Shown one piece after another: positions 1 to 14,176 of a stretch of 64,000 nucleotides of DNA. The notes beneath the pieces are model-generated. The model worked only from the letters and a program-made list of their open reading frames with translations, was not told the DNA's origin and made no database searches. The stretch lies in contig NC_043010.1 of NCBI RefSeq assembly GCF_006345805.1, positions 52,638,001-52,702,000 on the forward strand. The letters run 5' to 3'. Positions within the stretch are counted from its first letter, which is position 1, and every line of letters begins with the position of its first letter. A program made the translations under genes and the position numbers. The stretch is from Octopus sinensis. Lineage: Eukaryota.

Positions 1-175
1 CACACACACACACACACATATAAACATACATGTGCATTCATTCATTTATATATGCTCGTGTATGAGCATATAGATGTGTGTGTAAATACATCTATATATA
101 TGGACGTGTGTGTGCATAAATATCTATACATGCACGTGTAGATGTAGATACATATACGAATATCATATTATATCC

Positions 176-259
<84 letters not shown>

Positions 260-471
260 GTCTATCTATCTATCCATCCATCTATCTATTGTATATAAAT
301 TTAAAATAATAAGGGTTGAAAATTAAATATTAATTTGATTAATATCAATTTAAAACCCGTGGTCTAGCATATAGAAAAATCTGAAGATTCAGAAAAATTA
401 TATTGCATACATGTAAGAGGGATGACCACTAAGTGGACATCCATTATGCTAGAAATCTACCCCCCTATGGT

Positions 472-545
472 CTTACCACTAAGAAAGGAATGTTCTCTGT
501 CGTTTGCTAAATTTTTCTTGAGAACATTCCTTTCTTAGTGGTAAG
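472..545. repeat. Perfect 26-bp inverted repeat with a 22-nt loop
   Basis: cttaccactaagaaaggaatgttctc (472-497) and its reverse complement (520-545). Confidence 0.92.
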
Positions 546-999
546 TGAGAGCATGCATACGCACACAGGAACGAATTCACAGACATACTTTCACAAGACT
601 TGTCTTGTTTTCTTCTTATGTGAAATGAGCCATTTTACTGACCAATATGCTTATATTCCATCCACACATTGAAATATGAAATATACCAGATTTAGAAATA
701 CTATATCTCCCACCCCCTTTCATCATTTGCATAAAAAAAGGAAAAGAACAATAAAATAAAATAGAAAATAAAATAAACAAATCCTTTTTTTCGAACAAAA
801 AATCAGGTAAAATGGATAAAAATGTTCACACAAAAACAACAAAAATGAAATAAATATGCAAAAGTTACTAAAGCACACAGAGATAAAAATTAAAAAAAAG
901 TACAAAGATATATGTCATATATGAATTTATATATATATATATATATACATACACACACATATTTATATATATATGAATGTATACGATATATAGTGTGTA

Positions 1000-1030
<31 letters not shown>

Positions 1031-1833
1031 TATATTATATATATATATATAAAGATATGTAATATATGCATATATATATGCATCCATATATATATATGTA
1101 TATAAATATACATATATACACACACACATATATGTATATATATTGATATATAAATACACACGCACACATATGTATATATATTATATATATGTATATATAT
1201 AATATATATATTATATGATATATATATATATATATAATATATATATATATAAATACATTCATACATACATATACACACAAGCATATATATGTAAACATAT
1301 GCATATATATATATATATATATATTATGTGTGTGTGTGCATTTTTAATATTTTGCTGTTGTTATTGCTACTATGGTAATAACTAACTTGAAACATTAGCC
1401 CCATCAACTACCTGCGATGCATCCTCCTTTAAGAAACCTATGATGTGAGACTAATGAAACCAGTGAGTGTTGCATGAAATCTTCGCTGCACGTAACCTTT
1501 CAACGTTTCTGCAAATCCTTGTAGATGTTATGTGTGTTTGTCTCTAGGAGTCTTCTAGAATGAGCTTGTCCTGCTTTGGTCGGGCTGGACTTTCAGTCAC
1601 AACAATTGTCACTAGACCATACACAACAGTAGATGAATGAGATGTGATTAGACAACTAACACTCACCAGAATGACCCTGTGCTTTGCAGAGAACTCAACT
1701 CTCTTTACTGCAAGGATCAGTTGCAATGGAGGAGGAGGGTAATGTGTCTCAGTGCAAATGCGTTTTGCAATTTTGGATTTGTTTTCATTTCTTTTCTAAC
1801 CTGGTACCTGAGTTACACACAAGCTTGAGACAT

Positions 1834-1889
<56 letters not shown>

Positions 1890-2065
1890 AGTACAAGTAT
1901 ATATGTATGTATAAGTTTATATATTTTTGTAGATATATATATATATAAATATTAATATATATATACACACATATATGTATACATACATCCACATATACAT
2001 ATATATAAACACACACACACACATATATAAAGTATATATGTATATATATATATGTATGTATATAT

Positions 2066-2108
<43 letters not shown>

Positions 2109-3213
2109 GTTATGTGTTTGTGTGTATATGTATGCATGCTTATATGTAAGCATAAGAATGTGTGCATGTATGAACATATTTTTGTCTGTTCGCACATGTA
2201 TACATGTATGTCATCATCTCAGTGTGTGTTTAGAAGTATAAATGAGTATGTGTGTGACTGTGTGTGTGTGTGTTTGTATGTAGATATGTGTCTTTGTGTG
2301 TATATATATATGTGTGTACATATAATATATATATATATATTTATAAATATATATTAATACATATAAATTTCTGACCATACATATATACATACATATTTAA
2401 GCATGCACACATCACACACACACACTCACACACACACATGCATACACGTATTTGTAATGCACTACAAGCCTTATGTAAGCATTTATATGACTTGCACATT
2501 TACACATAAAAATTTGAAGGAACACTCACGCACACACATGAACCAGTATGTACACATACCTATATATACATGTGTTGTGTGTTTTTTCTTTCAGCTAAAT
2601 ATTGTGTGCGTTTGTGTGAGTTAGTATGTGTGCTTGTGTGAGTTAGTATGTGTGTTTGTGTATGTGTGTGTGCGCATATAGATATGTCTCTCAATATACA
2701 TATATGTGTATGTTTCACATGAATTATAATATCTAAACATAAGAATGTGTGCATGTAGAAACATGTTTTTGTATGTTCTCGTATGTATATATACGTATGT
2801 CATCATCTCCATGTCTGTTAAGAAATATAGATGTGTGTTTCTGTGTGTGTGACTGTGTCTGTGAGAATACATTCAGCAATGGTCAGAATAACAGTTTCTG
2901 ATGCTAACTCATCCGTAAAGATAAATTTAATCAGTCAATTAAAATTTATTAATGAAAAATTAAAATTAATTTGAAATTGATTTCTAATTTCAAAAGTGAA
3001 TTTTAAAATTTGAAATTAATTTCCCAAAAAATTAATTTCAATCTCAAATTGAAATTTGAAATTAATTTTTTAAAAAAATTCAATTAAATTAAAAATCAAT
3101 TAAATTAATTAATTAAGTTAATTAATTAATTGTTTTGTTTTGATTATCAAAATCAAAATCCAAATGAAAAAATTCTAAAACAATGAGGAAACAGACAATA
3201 AAACAAGACCTAC

Positions 3214-3357
3214 CTCAGTGGTTCGTCGTCTTTGCGTTCACCATCTTTTCCAAGAATTTTCTTTAACTTGGCTGCCCGAGGGCAGCCCGACAGACTGCGG
3301 TGGGAGGAATAATTGCCCGTAATATGTCCTGAGCCGTCACAGCCTGGGGTGGGACAT
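3214..3357 (-). CDS. Myt1: Myt1-family exon containing complete ZF5 ([28 protein letters not shown])
   Basis: ctcttgttag|A TGT CCC ... CTG AG|gtaggt. 144 nt, phase 2-2. The supplied track lists other frames for this region. Confidence 0.96.
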
Positions 3358-4515
3358 CTAACAAGAGGCCAAGACCAAACGGAAAGCAAACAAAAACATT
3401 GTCAATACATCGTAACAATGGCGGCATCATCAGCAGCAGCAGCATACAGCATCATCAGCAAATCAGCAGCAGCAAAGAAAACATCAACAGCAGCGAAAAA
3501 ATATAAAACATCAGCAACAGAAACCGATAGAGAGGTAGTCAAATAGAGGGAGAGAAAGGGACTGGGAAGAAGAGAGAATAAGAGAAAGATAACGAAAAAA
3601 TACAAAAAAAAAACCACAGAGAGAGCAAGAGAGACAGTAATGAGTGTGTGCCAGAAGAGAAAGATAGATATAGAGTGAGAGAGAGAAGAGAGAAGACAGA
3701 AAAATGAAAGTGAAAGTAGAGAAGAGAAAAATGAAAGTGAAAGTAGAAAAGAGAAACAAAGGTGTATACTTTGGTGGTGATGGGAGAGTAGAAGTGGAGT
3801 GGAGAATATATGGTTAGCTTATATGGAAGGAGTTGTTTGAGAGGGGAAAGGTTGACAATACTGGTGACATTATAATACAACAATGACAACAACAAGAACA
3901 ACAATAAAATGAAGATTGGCACTTTACTTTTGATCTCCTGAAGGATGAAAGTGAAAACATCCCAAGTAAGGTTTTACTAAGGAATTTTAAATGACTGGCA
4001 TTCATTCTGGCTGAGGTCAAATTTGCCTCTTAACCCTCCGGTGTTGATAAAAAAGAAAGTACCAATCCAATACTGAGCTCGATAGAGATAATTGTTTCCC
4101 TCGCTGAAATCCGCCATGTTTGATTCGTCTAAGAGGGAGTAGTTCCAGCAGATTTATCTCCCTTTAAACAATTGTAATTATCTCCCTTTCACCTGGCAGC
4201 TTTTATGCATACATACAAACATACATTATATAAAATCCTTAAAAATGTTTTAGCCCGGAGGCCGCGGCTATGCTGGGGCACCATGCATATTCAGACAGAG
4301 AGAGAGGAATATTTATTTAAAGGGGATCCATTTTATATAATATATATACACAATACATATACATACCTAAATATATATATATATGCTTTGTCCACCATGG
4401 AAAATAAAAAGGTTGGATGTATAAAAATTCATTACATATGAACACGTGTGTATATCTATATACACTTCGTGTGTGTGGTGTCTGCATCTATCTACCTACC
4501 TACCTACCTACCTAC

Positions 4516-4554
<39 letters not shown>

Positions 4555-4912
4555 TACATACATACATACATACATAGCAGAAGCAACAATGTGACTCACA
4601 CTTTCTTGCTTCTGCTAATTATAATTAAAAATATATTTTGAGTTCTGATTTTCCTGTTTGCACCAACATACCTTTGTAAATATATATAAATCTCTCTCTC
4701 TCTCTCTGTATATATATAAATTTATAAATATATAAATTTATAATTTATTTTGTCATTATATCGACTGAGGTGGTATTCTGACCATATCGCACGAGGAGTT
4801 TTAGGCGGGAAATTTAAACTGGTCATGTGCATACATATGTATGTATACGTTCGTATATGTAAGTATAAAATATGTTGTATATATATATGTATATTTGTAT
4901 TTATGTGCTGAG

Positions 4913-4975
4913 TATATTCCTCTGATGAAGGCAGAGCATTTCTTACGCAGAGCCAGAAATCCAGGATCTGGAATT
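4913..4975 (+). ncRNA. Decayed hammerhead-like motif in a probable Penelope-like terminal repeat remnant
   Basis: attcct-CTGATGA-aggc...gcca-GAAA-TCCAGGAT-C-tggaat. Partial stems and a near-palindromic stem III. Confidence 0.38.
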
Positions 4976-7479
4976 ATCCAGTAACTTTTTTGCTAGTTTA
5001 TTTTGTCTTTTTGTGTTCTCTCCTGGTGCTGTATGAACATTTAATGTGGTTTTAGAGCCAAGTTTTGACTGCTATTTCCAACGTGGCGGCAGCTCTTAGA
5101 TACCCTAAATTATAATTATATATATATATAATGACAGCATACATACATTGGTGTATGTGTGTATGTGCGTGCATGTATGTGTGTGTGTGTGTGTATGTGT
5201 GTGTGTGCATGGCACTATGCACATTGAATGCATTAAAACCAAGAGCAACAACATTTAACCAATCAACATGCATCCCAAGTAACATTTAATTTAAAGCAAA
5301 CAAAACAACAAAATTGAAATAATAATAATAATAATAATAATATAATATTAATAATAATGATAATGGTAACAATAACGATAATAATCCTTTCTACTGTAGG
5401 CACTAAGGCTGAAATATGTAGGGACAGTGGGAATCAATTACATCGACCCCAGTACTTAAAAGGATAGAAAAAGCAAAGTCATCTACAACAGAATTTGAAC
5501 TCAGAATGTAAAGGCAGAAAAATGCCATGAAGCATTTTGTCTGTCATGCTAAAAAATTCTGCCAGCTCACTGTCTTTATTTAATAATAATAATAATAATA
5601 TTAATGATGATGATGATGGTGATGTTTGGAAATTTTGGCATAAAGTCAATAATTTTTGCGGGTCTGTGTTACTTGATTATATCAACTGTAGTATCACTTG
5701 GTACATATCTTATCGACCCCACCAAAAAAACCAGTGAAAGGCACAAAGGCACTTGAGAATCTGACCTCAGAATGTAAAGCGCTGTAAGAAATATATATAT
5801 ATTTTTATATTTGTCAGGCAGTTTTTTCTTGGTTAGGGCATATAACCAATCAGAAAGTACTGATGGTTACACACCAACTACTGCACTTGACAATATCAAT
5901 AACTCTTCAAACATGCTGGCCAGAAGCACATGGACTCTTTTATGCAGAGGTTTGTTCAATGATGATAGTGTGGAACAGTGATGAAAAGCCATAATATTTT
6001 CCAGGAGGAAAAAATAAGAGTTGTCTCACTTGGTAAGAAGTCAGCTATGGCCAAAGGGGATCAGCTATGTTTGCATACGTTTTCCTTTCTCAAGAAGGAG
6101 ATGACCATGATGCCAAAACGCATTTTCTGTCAGATGGGTAGTGACTAAATATTTTAGTATTTGTGTTGAAGAAGGAACTAGATCATGTGAATTCTTAAAA
6201 ATTATTCTTGCAGCCAAGCAAAGCTTGCAACACTTACCATATTTTAATGGGTATAAAGAACCCCTCATGTATAAGGAACATCCTAATTTTGGGGGCTTAA
6301 AATTTGTAAAAAAAGGTTTTGTAAGGGATTATAATACTATCCATGTATAAGAAATACCCATATTATTCTAATTTAATTTTTAACAAAAAAGGATTCCTTA
6401 TACACATTAAAATATGGTGCTTCCATTCAGGAATGGCCCAGGTTGTTTCTAGTTTCCAGTTGATTTTGTACAGTATTCTTTCATCTTCAAACAGCCATAT
6501 ATAGCTGGCTAATGTTATAATATTGTACTTCTATTGAATGCTAAAAGAGGGCTTGTGATTATTTAGTCTGGCTTTAGACATCAAATTCCTGTGATGGTTC
6601 ACCAGAATTAAATGGTAATCAGAGGGGGTCATAGGTAAAAAATGGTTGAGTATGACTGATTTAAATGGTGGGATGATGCCAAGTGTTTGGCATAAATGTT
6701 TCCAAGGATGCTGTGTGATATGAACTTTTGGAGATAGAATATAAGTAAAACAAAAATCTATATGAAAAATAGGTAAAAATAAAATCCTAAAAAAACATGA
6801 AAATACTTTGGACATATTTTCTATACCATTTTGTTTTAAGACAAGCATTGACCAAAAAATCAAACAAAGAAAAAAAAAACATTATCATCATCAATAATAT
6901 AATTTAATATAATTATAACATCTACACAGAAATGAAATAATGGCAGCGCTAGAAGCAATGCAAGCATAAACGACAACAACAACAACAACAAGGTCGTCTA
7001 GCCTGTTCAGCAAGTGTTTACTGAAAGAGTGAGGCTAAGTGTTTAGAACAACAACAACAACAGTAACACTAGCAACATCAATATCACAAAGGAATACAGA
7101 AAGGGGAAGGAAACGGAGAAACAAAAGGGGCGGCAGTGGGGGAGCAGAGTTATAGAAAAGGTTGCAGTGGGGGGCTGGAAGGAATTATTAGTTTAGAAAC
7201 GGTAACGTCAAGATAGGATGTTTTGGTCACAGTTGTCTGCTCCTTGACATTTTACTAATAACAACACAAACCAGCCTGTTAATCTGTGGAATTGGTTAAA
7301 ATGAGACTTAAAGGAGTTGTGATGTAAGCATTTATTGCGGCTGGTTGCCTAGTTATGACAAAACAAATGTCAAAATTGGTTGCTTGGTCTTTGTGTGAAG
7401 ACAACCACATCAGAAAACCATCAAGTGGGATGCTTAGCAGGTGTTGATATTATAAATTGCTGGAGTAGTTGATATGATA

Positions 7480-7535
<56 letters not shown>

Positions 7536-7629
7536 ATACATATATATGTATATATATATATATACATATATATATGCATAAATATGTATATACATACATA
7601 TATATGTACACACAGATATATACAAATAT

Positions 7630-7672
<43 letters not shown>

Positions 7673-7724
7673 ACATATATACATTCATATGTGAGTGTGC
7701 ATTATGTATATCTATGTGTGTTTG

Positions 7725-7783
<59 letters not shown>

Positions 7784-8231
7784 TACATATATACACACGC
7801 ACACACAAAACAGACACATATACGCACGTGCGCACACACATACACACACTTGTTTAATTTACCTTGCCCTGACAGATATGACAGGCGATGCTGACCAAGG
7901 TGGGATTTAGGGATATAAACTCATTCCTAAACACAGCAAGATAGTTTATCTAACACTGTAGAGTTCCTGCCTTTTTGTTTGTTTATTTTAAATATCTTCT
8001 ATGTAGTATAAAAGACAACAAGCATTTCATAGAGAAGACAATGCAGTGATAATCTTGCATTTCTCAGAGACAGCAAATATGTCAAAGAATTAACTTGGCT
8101 TCTTATGAGAATAAAAACAAGGCACAGATTTTAGGTAATAACAGGTCGTTGCTTGTTATTGTGAATAAATATATTAATTCTTTTGTCATATATACAAATC
8201 ATATATATAACAAATTAAAAAAAACCCAATT

Positions 8232-8609
8232 GTGGAGGCACAATGGCCCAGTGGTTAGGGCAGTGGACTGACGGTTGTAGGATAACGGTTTCGATTCCCA
8301 GACCGGGCGTTGTGAGTGTTTTATTGAGCGAAAACACCTAAAGCTCCACGAGGATCTGGTAGGAAGTGGTGGCAGACCCTGCTGTACTCTTTCACCACAA
8401 CTTTCTCTCACACTTTCTTTCTGTTGCTGCTGTACCTGTATTTCAAAGGGCCAGCCTTGTCACACTCTCACACTGAATCTCCCCGAGAACTACGTTAAGG
8501 GCACACATGTCTGTGGAGTGCTCAGCCACTTGCACGTTAATTTCACGAGCAGGCTGTTCGGTTGATCAGAGCAACTGGAACCCTCGTCGTCATAACCGAT
8601 GGAGTGCCA
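8232..8609 (+). mobile_element. tRNA-derived SINE 'family C'
   Basis: tggcccagtggttagggcag A-box and ggtttcgattccc B-box. Flanking duplication resembling catatataacaaatt. A related head with a different tail lies at 12116-12407. Confidence 0.8.
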
Positions 8610-9390
8610 ACATATATAACAAATTTATAAATAATATATATATAATAAATATAATGATTTCTTTTGTCAATATATAAATACATATTGATTTCTTTTGCCA
8701 AATATTCCAATTTTACGCCAAAAATTTACAACCAAAAAAACACAGGACAATTTATACACTGAGATGACTTTGGGTGACCCCAAAAATTGCATGTGAAATG
8801 CAGCAGAATTTAGAAACAGTGAAAATTTATGGATGTTTCTGCTACATGTTTACACAATACAGTATATCATCTTTCTTCTAGGCTGGAAATCATGGTACAA
8901 CCAAGGTGGCATTTTTTTTTCCTGCAGTCAGAGAACTGTTGGTTGTTGATTGTATTGGCCCTATTATATTACTGGTAGTGGTCTTGGGATCAATTTTCGT
9001 TTTTTTTCAAAAGGAGCAAAACAACGTACACAGTGCTTAACCAAATGAAATTAAGTCAGAACTAAATACGACTAGGAATTTAGTTCACGACCATTTGCCT
9101 GTGCATGAGTATGTTAGTGTGTGTGCATGTGCATGTATACACATATATGCATACATCTACATATGTATGTATGTATTTATATATATATATATATTATATA
9201 TATAATATATATATATATCTATATATATATATATATGTATATGTATATATATATGTAATATACATATACATACACACACACACACATATATATATATATA
9301 TGTATATACATGTGTATATATATATATATATGTATGTATAGATATATGTATATATATATATATGTACAGATATAGATATATATGCATAGA

Positions 9391-9470
<80 letters not shown>

Positions 9471-9494
9471 AGATATATGTATAGATATATGTAT

Positions 9495-9545
<51 letters not shown>

Positions 9546-9638
9546 AGCAAAACAAAGAAAGACGGTGATAAAGTGAATATATTTGTGTGTATATATATAT
9601 ATATATATATATGCATGTAGATATATATATGTATGTAT

Positions 9639-9687
<49 letters not shown>

Positions 9688-9954
9688 ATATGTATATATA
9701 TGTATATATATGTGCATGTATATATACATACAGGTATACATGAATCTATTGAACAGACAGAGAGGTGGAGTGGAGCCAAGTAACACAATGCAATACATCC
9801 TAAATATTCATATGAATCACAATTCATGGTAAAGAAACAAGAAAACATCAACAAATGTTTGTTTCAAAATAAAAAACTTCAAACAAAATACTTTTTAAAA
9901 ACAGTTTCTTTCAAACTTCAAAAAACTTTGGTGAGATATAAGGATAATCACTAG

Positions 9955-9958
9955 TAAC

Positions 9959-10002
<44 letters not shown>

Positions 10003-10056
10003 AATCAATGATAATAATAATAATAATAATAATAAATAATGATAATAATAATAATG

Positions 10057-10090
<34 letters not shown>

Positions 10091-10115
10091 TAATAATAAT
10101 AATAATAATAATAAC

Positions 10116-10147
<32 letters not shown>
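9955..10147. repeat. Long (AAT)n microsatellite. The window also has many (TA)n, (CA)n, (TATC)n, (TATG)n and (GA)n tracts
   Basis: Directly visible. These tracts give rise to the IY/CV/TH/LS-rich ORFs in the track. Confidence 0.95.
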
Positions 10148-10149
<2 letters not shown>

Positions 10150-10704
10150 GCCCCGATGCAGTACCTGGCAGTGGCTTTCATGGCTTCTGATCTTAACTGA
10201 TTGGAAGTGTTATCATGTACCTTGTTTTGTCTTGGTATAAAAGATGGTCTACAGCAAATATTCTGCTTAAAACCACAGATTTGCTTGTCAGTTGTTTGAC
10301 CGTAACCAGCTGAGCATGTCCCTTAGTGGCTGATGATATGTGCATCTCTGATCACGAACAGAAGTAGTGGGGGAGCATCATAGCCATCTGTTGAGAGGGA
10401 TTCTTTGGGGTTTGAATAATTCACCTCTGGAAACATGGGTGTTTTGTTCAACAACCTTAAACAAACCTTATTCAGGGACCTTTTGAGTGGGATGAGTTAC
10501 TCGACCTGAAGAAGATTCCAAGTGGGCCCCACCTGCAAGGTCATGTGCTGTTTATCTTGATATGAGATCACCGTGTCGCACACATATGGTTGTGATGTAT
10601 GTGCCTAGTGTACCCTTATCAGATGGGTAGTCATGATGGGTATACTGGGCTTCGTATATTTGTACCCCAGTGTTGCTTTGATGGCATGCACTGCTCTCTC
10701 ACTC

Positions 10705-10705
<1 letters not shown>
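10148..10705 (+). mobile_element. About 560-bp non-coding interspersed element ('family F'), flanked by (AAT)n
   Basis: Five copies in the window: 10148-10705, 14503-14718 (partial), 15569-16098, 16125-16629 and 41901-42238 (minus, partial). Confidence 0.8.
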
Positions 10706-10749
<44 letters not shown>

Positions 10750-10966
10750 CTTTCTACTATAGGCACAAGACCTGAAATCTGGGAGGGGGAGGGTCGATTA
10801 CACTGACCCTAGTACTCAGCTGGTACTTAATTTATCGACTCCAAAAGGATGAAAGGCGAAATTGATTTCGGTGGAATTTGAACTCAGAACGTAGCTGCAG
10901 ATGAATTACCACTAAGCATTTTGCCTAGCGTGCTAACGATTCTGCCAGCTCGCCACCTTACTAATA

Positions 10967-11003
<37 letters not shown>

Positions 11004-11215
11004 CTTTCTACTATAGGCACAAGACCTGAAATCTGGGAGGGGGAGGGTCGATTACACTGACCCTAGTACTCAGCTGGTACTTAATTTATCGACTCCAAAA
11101 GGATGAAAGGCGAAATTGATTTCGGTGGAATTTGAACTCAGAACGTAGCTGCAGATGAATTACCACTAAGCATTTTGCCTAGCGTGCTAACGATTCTGCC
11201 AGCTCGCCACCTTAC
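10750..11215. repeat. Exact tandem duplication (period 254 bp) of a SINE-B copy plus (AAT)n
   Basis: 10750-10961 and 11004-11215 read identical. Confidence 0.92.
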
Positions 11216-11220
11216 TAATA

Positions 11221-11255
<35 letters not shown>

Positions 11256-12064
11256 AACGACAATAATAATAATGTTTAAAAATTGAATAACATACACACA
11301 CACACACACATATATATGCATGTGTATTTGGATATATATATATATATATATATATACATACATACATACAATTTTTAAGAGGTAAATTGTAATGAAGACA
11401 TCAAGCGAATAAAGGATTCAATATCTTCAGTAGAGTGAATTATTTACTTGTTCACAGATGACAATGAACTTTGCTGTTTTGCCTACAATGGTTTTATCAA
11501 CCTGTTGAGGTGTTGTAAGGGGTGACAAAAAAAATAAGGCTGACATCATGAAGAGCACACAGCCCTAAAACATTGCCTTTAACAAAAGCCTGTCCAAGCC
11601 AAACCAAAAGGGAAAGGAAGATGTTAAAGTGATGATGATGATGATGATGATGATGATGGTGATGGTGATGATGATGATGATGGTTATGGCTTATAATCAA
11701 CTCCTACTGAGCAGTTTCAGAAGTGATCCTAGCCAAAACATCAAAGTGACTGTCACCTTTAAGCAAGTAAGCATGTGTATGGCTTAGTGGTTGAGCGTTG
11801 CACTAATGGTTGCAAGATCATGGCTTTGATTCCCAGACTTGGTGCTGTGTTGTGTTCTTGAGCAAAGCACTTCGTTTCACGTTGCTCTCAATTATTTCTT
11901 CACCTGAAATGTGGCACACAGTGCACCTGCACAGGTAATGTTGATTTGATGCAGGGAGTGAGCTTATTTGTACACAAACATTTGATCACTATGAAGAAAT
12001 TAGCTGTGTGGTTGTTTGGCAAGAAATTGCCAAACCCTCATATGTCATCTAACAATGGGAGAGT

Positions 12065-12106
<42 letters not shown>

Positions 12107-12778
12107 TATATTATGTAGAGGTGCAATAGCCCAGTAGTTAGGGCAGCGGACTCGAGGTTTCGATTCCCAGACTGGGCGTTGTGAGTGTTTATTGAGCAAA
12201 AACACCTAAAAGCTCCATGAGGCTTCAGCAGGGGGTGGTGATCCCTGGTGTACTCTTTCACTACTCTTTCTCCCACTCTTTCTTCTGTTGGCCTGCTCGC
12301 TTAGCCAGCGGGGTGGCGTCATTCGAAGGCTAAAACAATGCGAACGCATTGTGACTAGCGATGTGTAACAACACCTGATGGTCTGGTCTGTCACGTGATC
12401 ACGTGATATTATATTATATTATATTATATATATATATATGTGTGTGTGTGCAGGTATGTATGTTATATATGTATGAGTGTATGTGTGTGTGTGTGTGTAA
12501 GTATCTTGTCTGCTGGAGTTAAGGTAGAAAAACAGCTGTGCTAATGACATCTTCTGAGGTAGAAACACAGCTGTCCTTTTAGTCCCCTTTCCATCAAATT
12601 ATATTTTCCTTAATAGCATGTTGATTTCAGTGGATTCCCGATTCCTGAGATTATCTCCTTTTCATATTTGGACATGGCTTCCAATTGAGACAAGGCATAT
12701 GATTACTTAAAGGGAAGCTAATTTTAATAAAATCAAGAATTTATCTTTTATAGTATTGAATATACCTTTATTCATCTT

Positions 12779-12819
<41 letters not shown>

Positions 12820-12857
12820 TATATATATGTATGTGTATAAATATATATATATATGTA

Positions 12858-12889
<32 letters not shown>

Positions 12890-12991
12890 TCTATATAGTT
12901 ACATTCACATACACACATTGGACATATATCTACATATGCATAAAAGTGCAGCGTTGCATCATCTTATTTTTCAGCATTTCGTTTTACTCAC

Positions 12992-13210
12992 TTTTGTTCA
13001 ACATGGCTAGCAAGTACCGTTGCTCGATCCGCAAGCGGACAGCCAGACAAACTTCGATGAGATGCATAATTTCCTGAGACATGTCCACTGCCGTCGCATC
13101 CAGGGGTTGGGCAATGAATTAATTCTCGCCCTTCACGTGATGTTCGCGGTGGTGTGCTGCTTATTGGAGATGCCTTGCTCAACGAACTTGGACTTTTCGG
13201 ACTTGCTATT
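12992..13210 (-). CDS. Myt1: Myt1-family exon containing complete ZF4 ([26 protein letters not shown])
   Basis: ctcttaacag|A ATA GCA ... CAA AA|gtgagt. 219 nt, phase 2-2. Confidence 0.96.
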
Positions 13211-13328
13211 CTGTTAAGAGAAGAGAAAAACAGAAAAGATTAAGTTAAGAATTATTATTACCACTGTACAACCCATTGTTTTATGGTTGGTGTAAGTAAT
13301 AATTTTACTCAATTGAAATATAGATATA

Positions 13329-14169
13329 CAGGGTGCAGCAGAAATAACGATCTTTTTATTTAGTAATTTTTATAGTACAAAAAATTTTTTTCTTTAGTAA
13401 TTTTTTATTGTGTGGAGGCGCGTGGCTTAGTGGTTAGGGTGTCAGCATCATGATTGTAAGATTGTGGTTTCGATTCCTGGACAAGGCGACACGTTGTGTT
13501 CTTGAGCAAAACACTTCATTTCACGTTGCTCCAGTCCACTCAGCTGGCAAAGATTAGTAACACTGCAATGGACTGGCATCCCATCCAGCTGGGGAACATA
13601 TACGCTATGGAAACTGAGCCCATGAGCCTGGCTAGGCTTTAAAAAGGGTGCAAAAAAAAAATCTATTGTACAAAAATTTATTACAGTAGTTAAAGAAATG
13701 AAAAAAGAAAAACCATAAATGAAAATAAATTGCAGTAATTTTAAGAAACTTATTAAGTATTGCACCGCCAAAATAACATAATTCATTATGATGAAAAATG
13801 TAATTAACATGTTCAAAATGATTTTCAGTACAATGCTGAGCCCTACCAGTAACACTTTCACAAACCTTTTGACACATTTCCCCATTAATTGCAGAAAATC
13901 TATCAGAAATTGTTTATTTTAATTCATGAATTGTTTTTAGTTTGAGTGAGTAAACAAGATCTTTCAATACACCTATAAGAAAAAAATCAGGTGGTGTTAG
14001 GTCTAATGATTGTGATGACCACTCAATTGATCCATGTTGTCCTATCCACCTCACCTCAAAATTAAGATTTAACGTTTTACCTATAGTGAGGTGGTGCACC
14101 ATTATGATGAATGTAGAAAACTATAAAAATTATAGAAATAAGAAAGGGCATTTCTTCTGCCACACCCTG
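13329..14169 (-). mobile_element. Internally deleted Tc1/mariner element with transposase C-terminal remnant, carrying a SINE insertion
   Basis: TA|cagggtg termini at both ends. The minus strand encodes HNGAPPHY...RWIG...EWSSQSLDLTPPDFFLIGVLKDLVY, a decayed WPxRSPDLTPxDFFLWG motif. Confidence 0.72.
13411..13650 (+). mobile_element. tRNA-derived SINE 'family D'
   Basis: tggcttagtggttaggg A-box, ggtttcgattcct B-box, and a CORE-like ttcttgagcaaaacacttcattt segment. Confidence 0.8.
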
Positions 14170-14176
14170 TACATCA

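Noticed and set aside
1544-1726. ORF as a possible next Myt1 exon
   Set aside because: No CPxPGC finger or phase-2 acceptor fits. I found no further exon between 1 and 3213.
2930-3180. Extremely AT-rich tract with repeated ttgaaattaattt and TAAT motifs next to the ZF5 donor
   Set aside because: Homeobox-like motifs are expected by chance at this composition, and there is no clear periodicity.
6080-6860. ORFs of 67-110 aa with ordinary composition
   Set aside because: No recognisable motif. Probably old transposon debris, which cannot be classified without a search.
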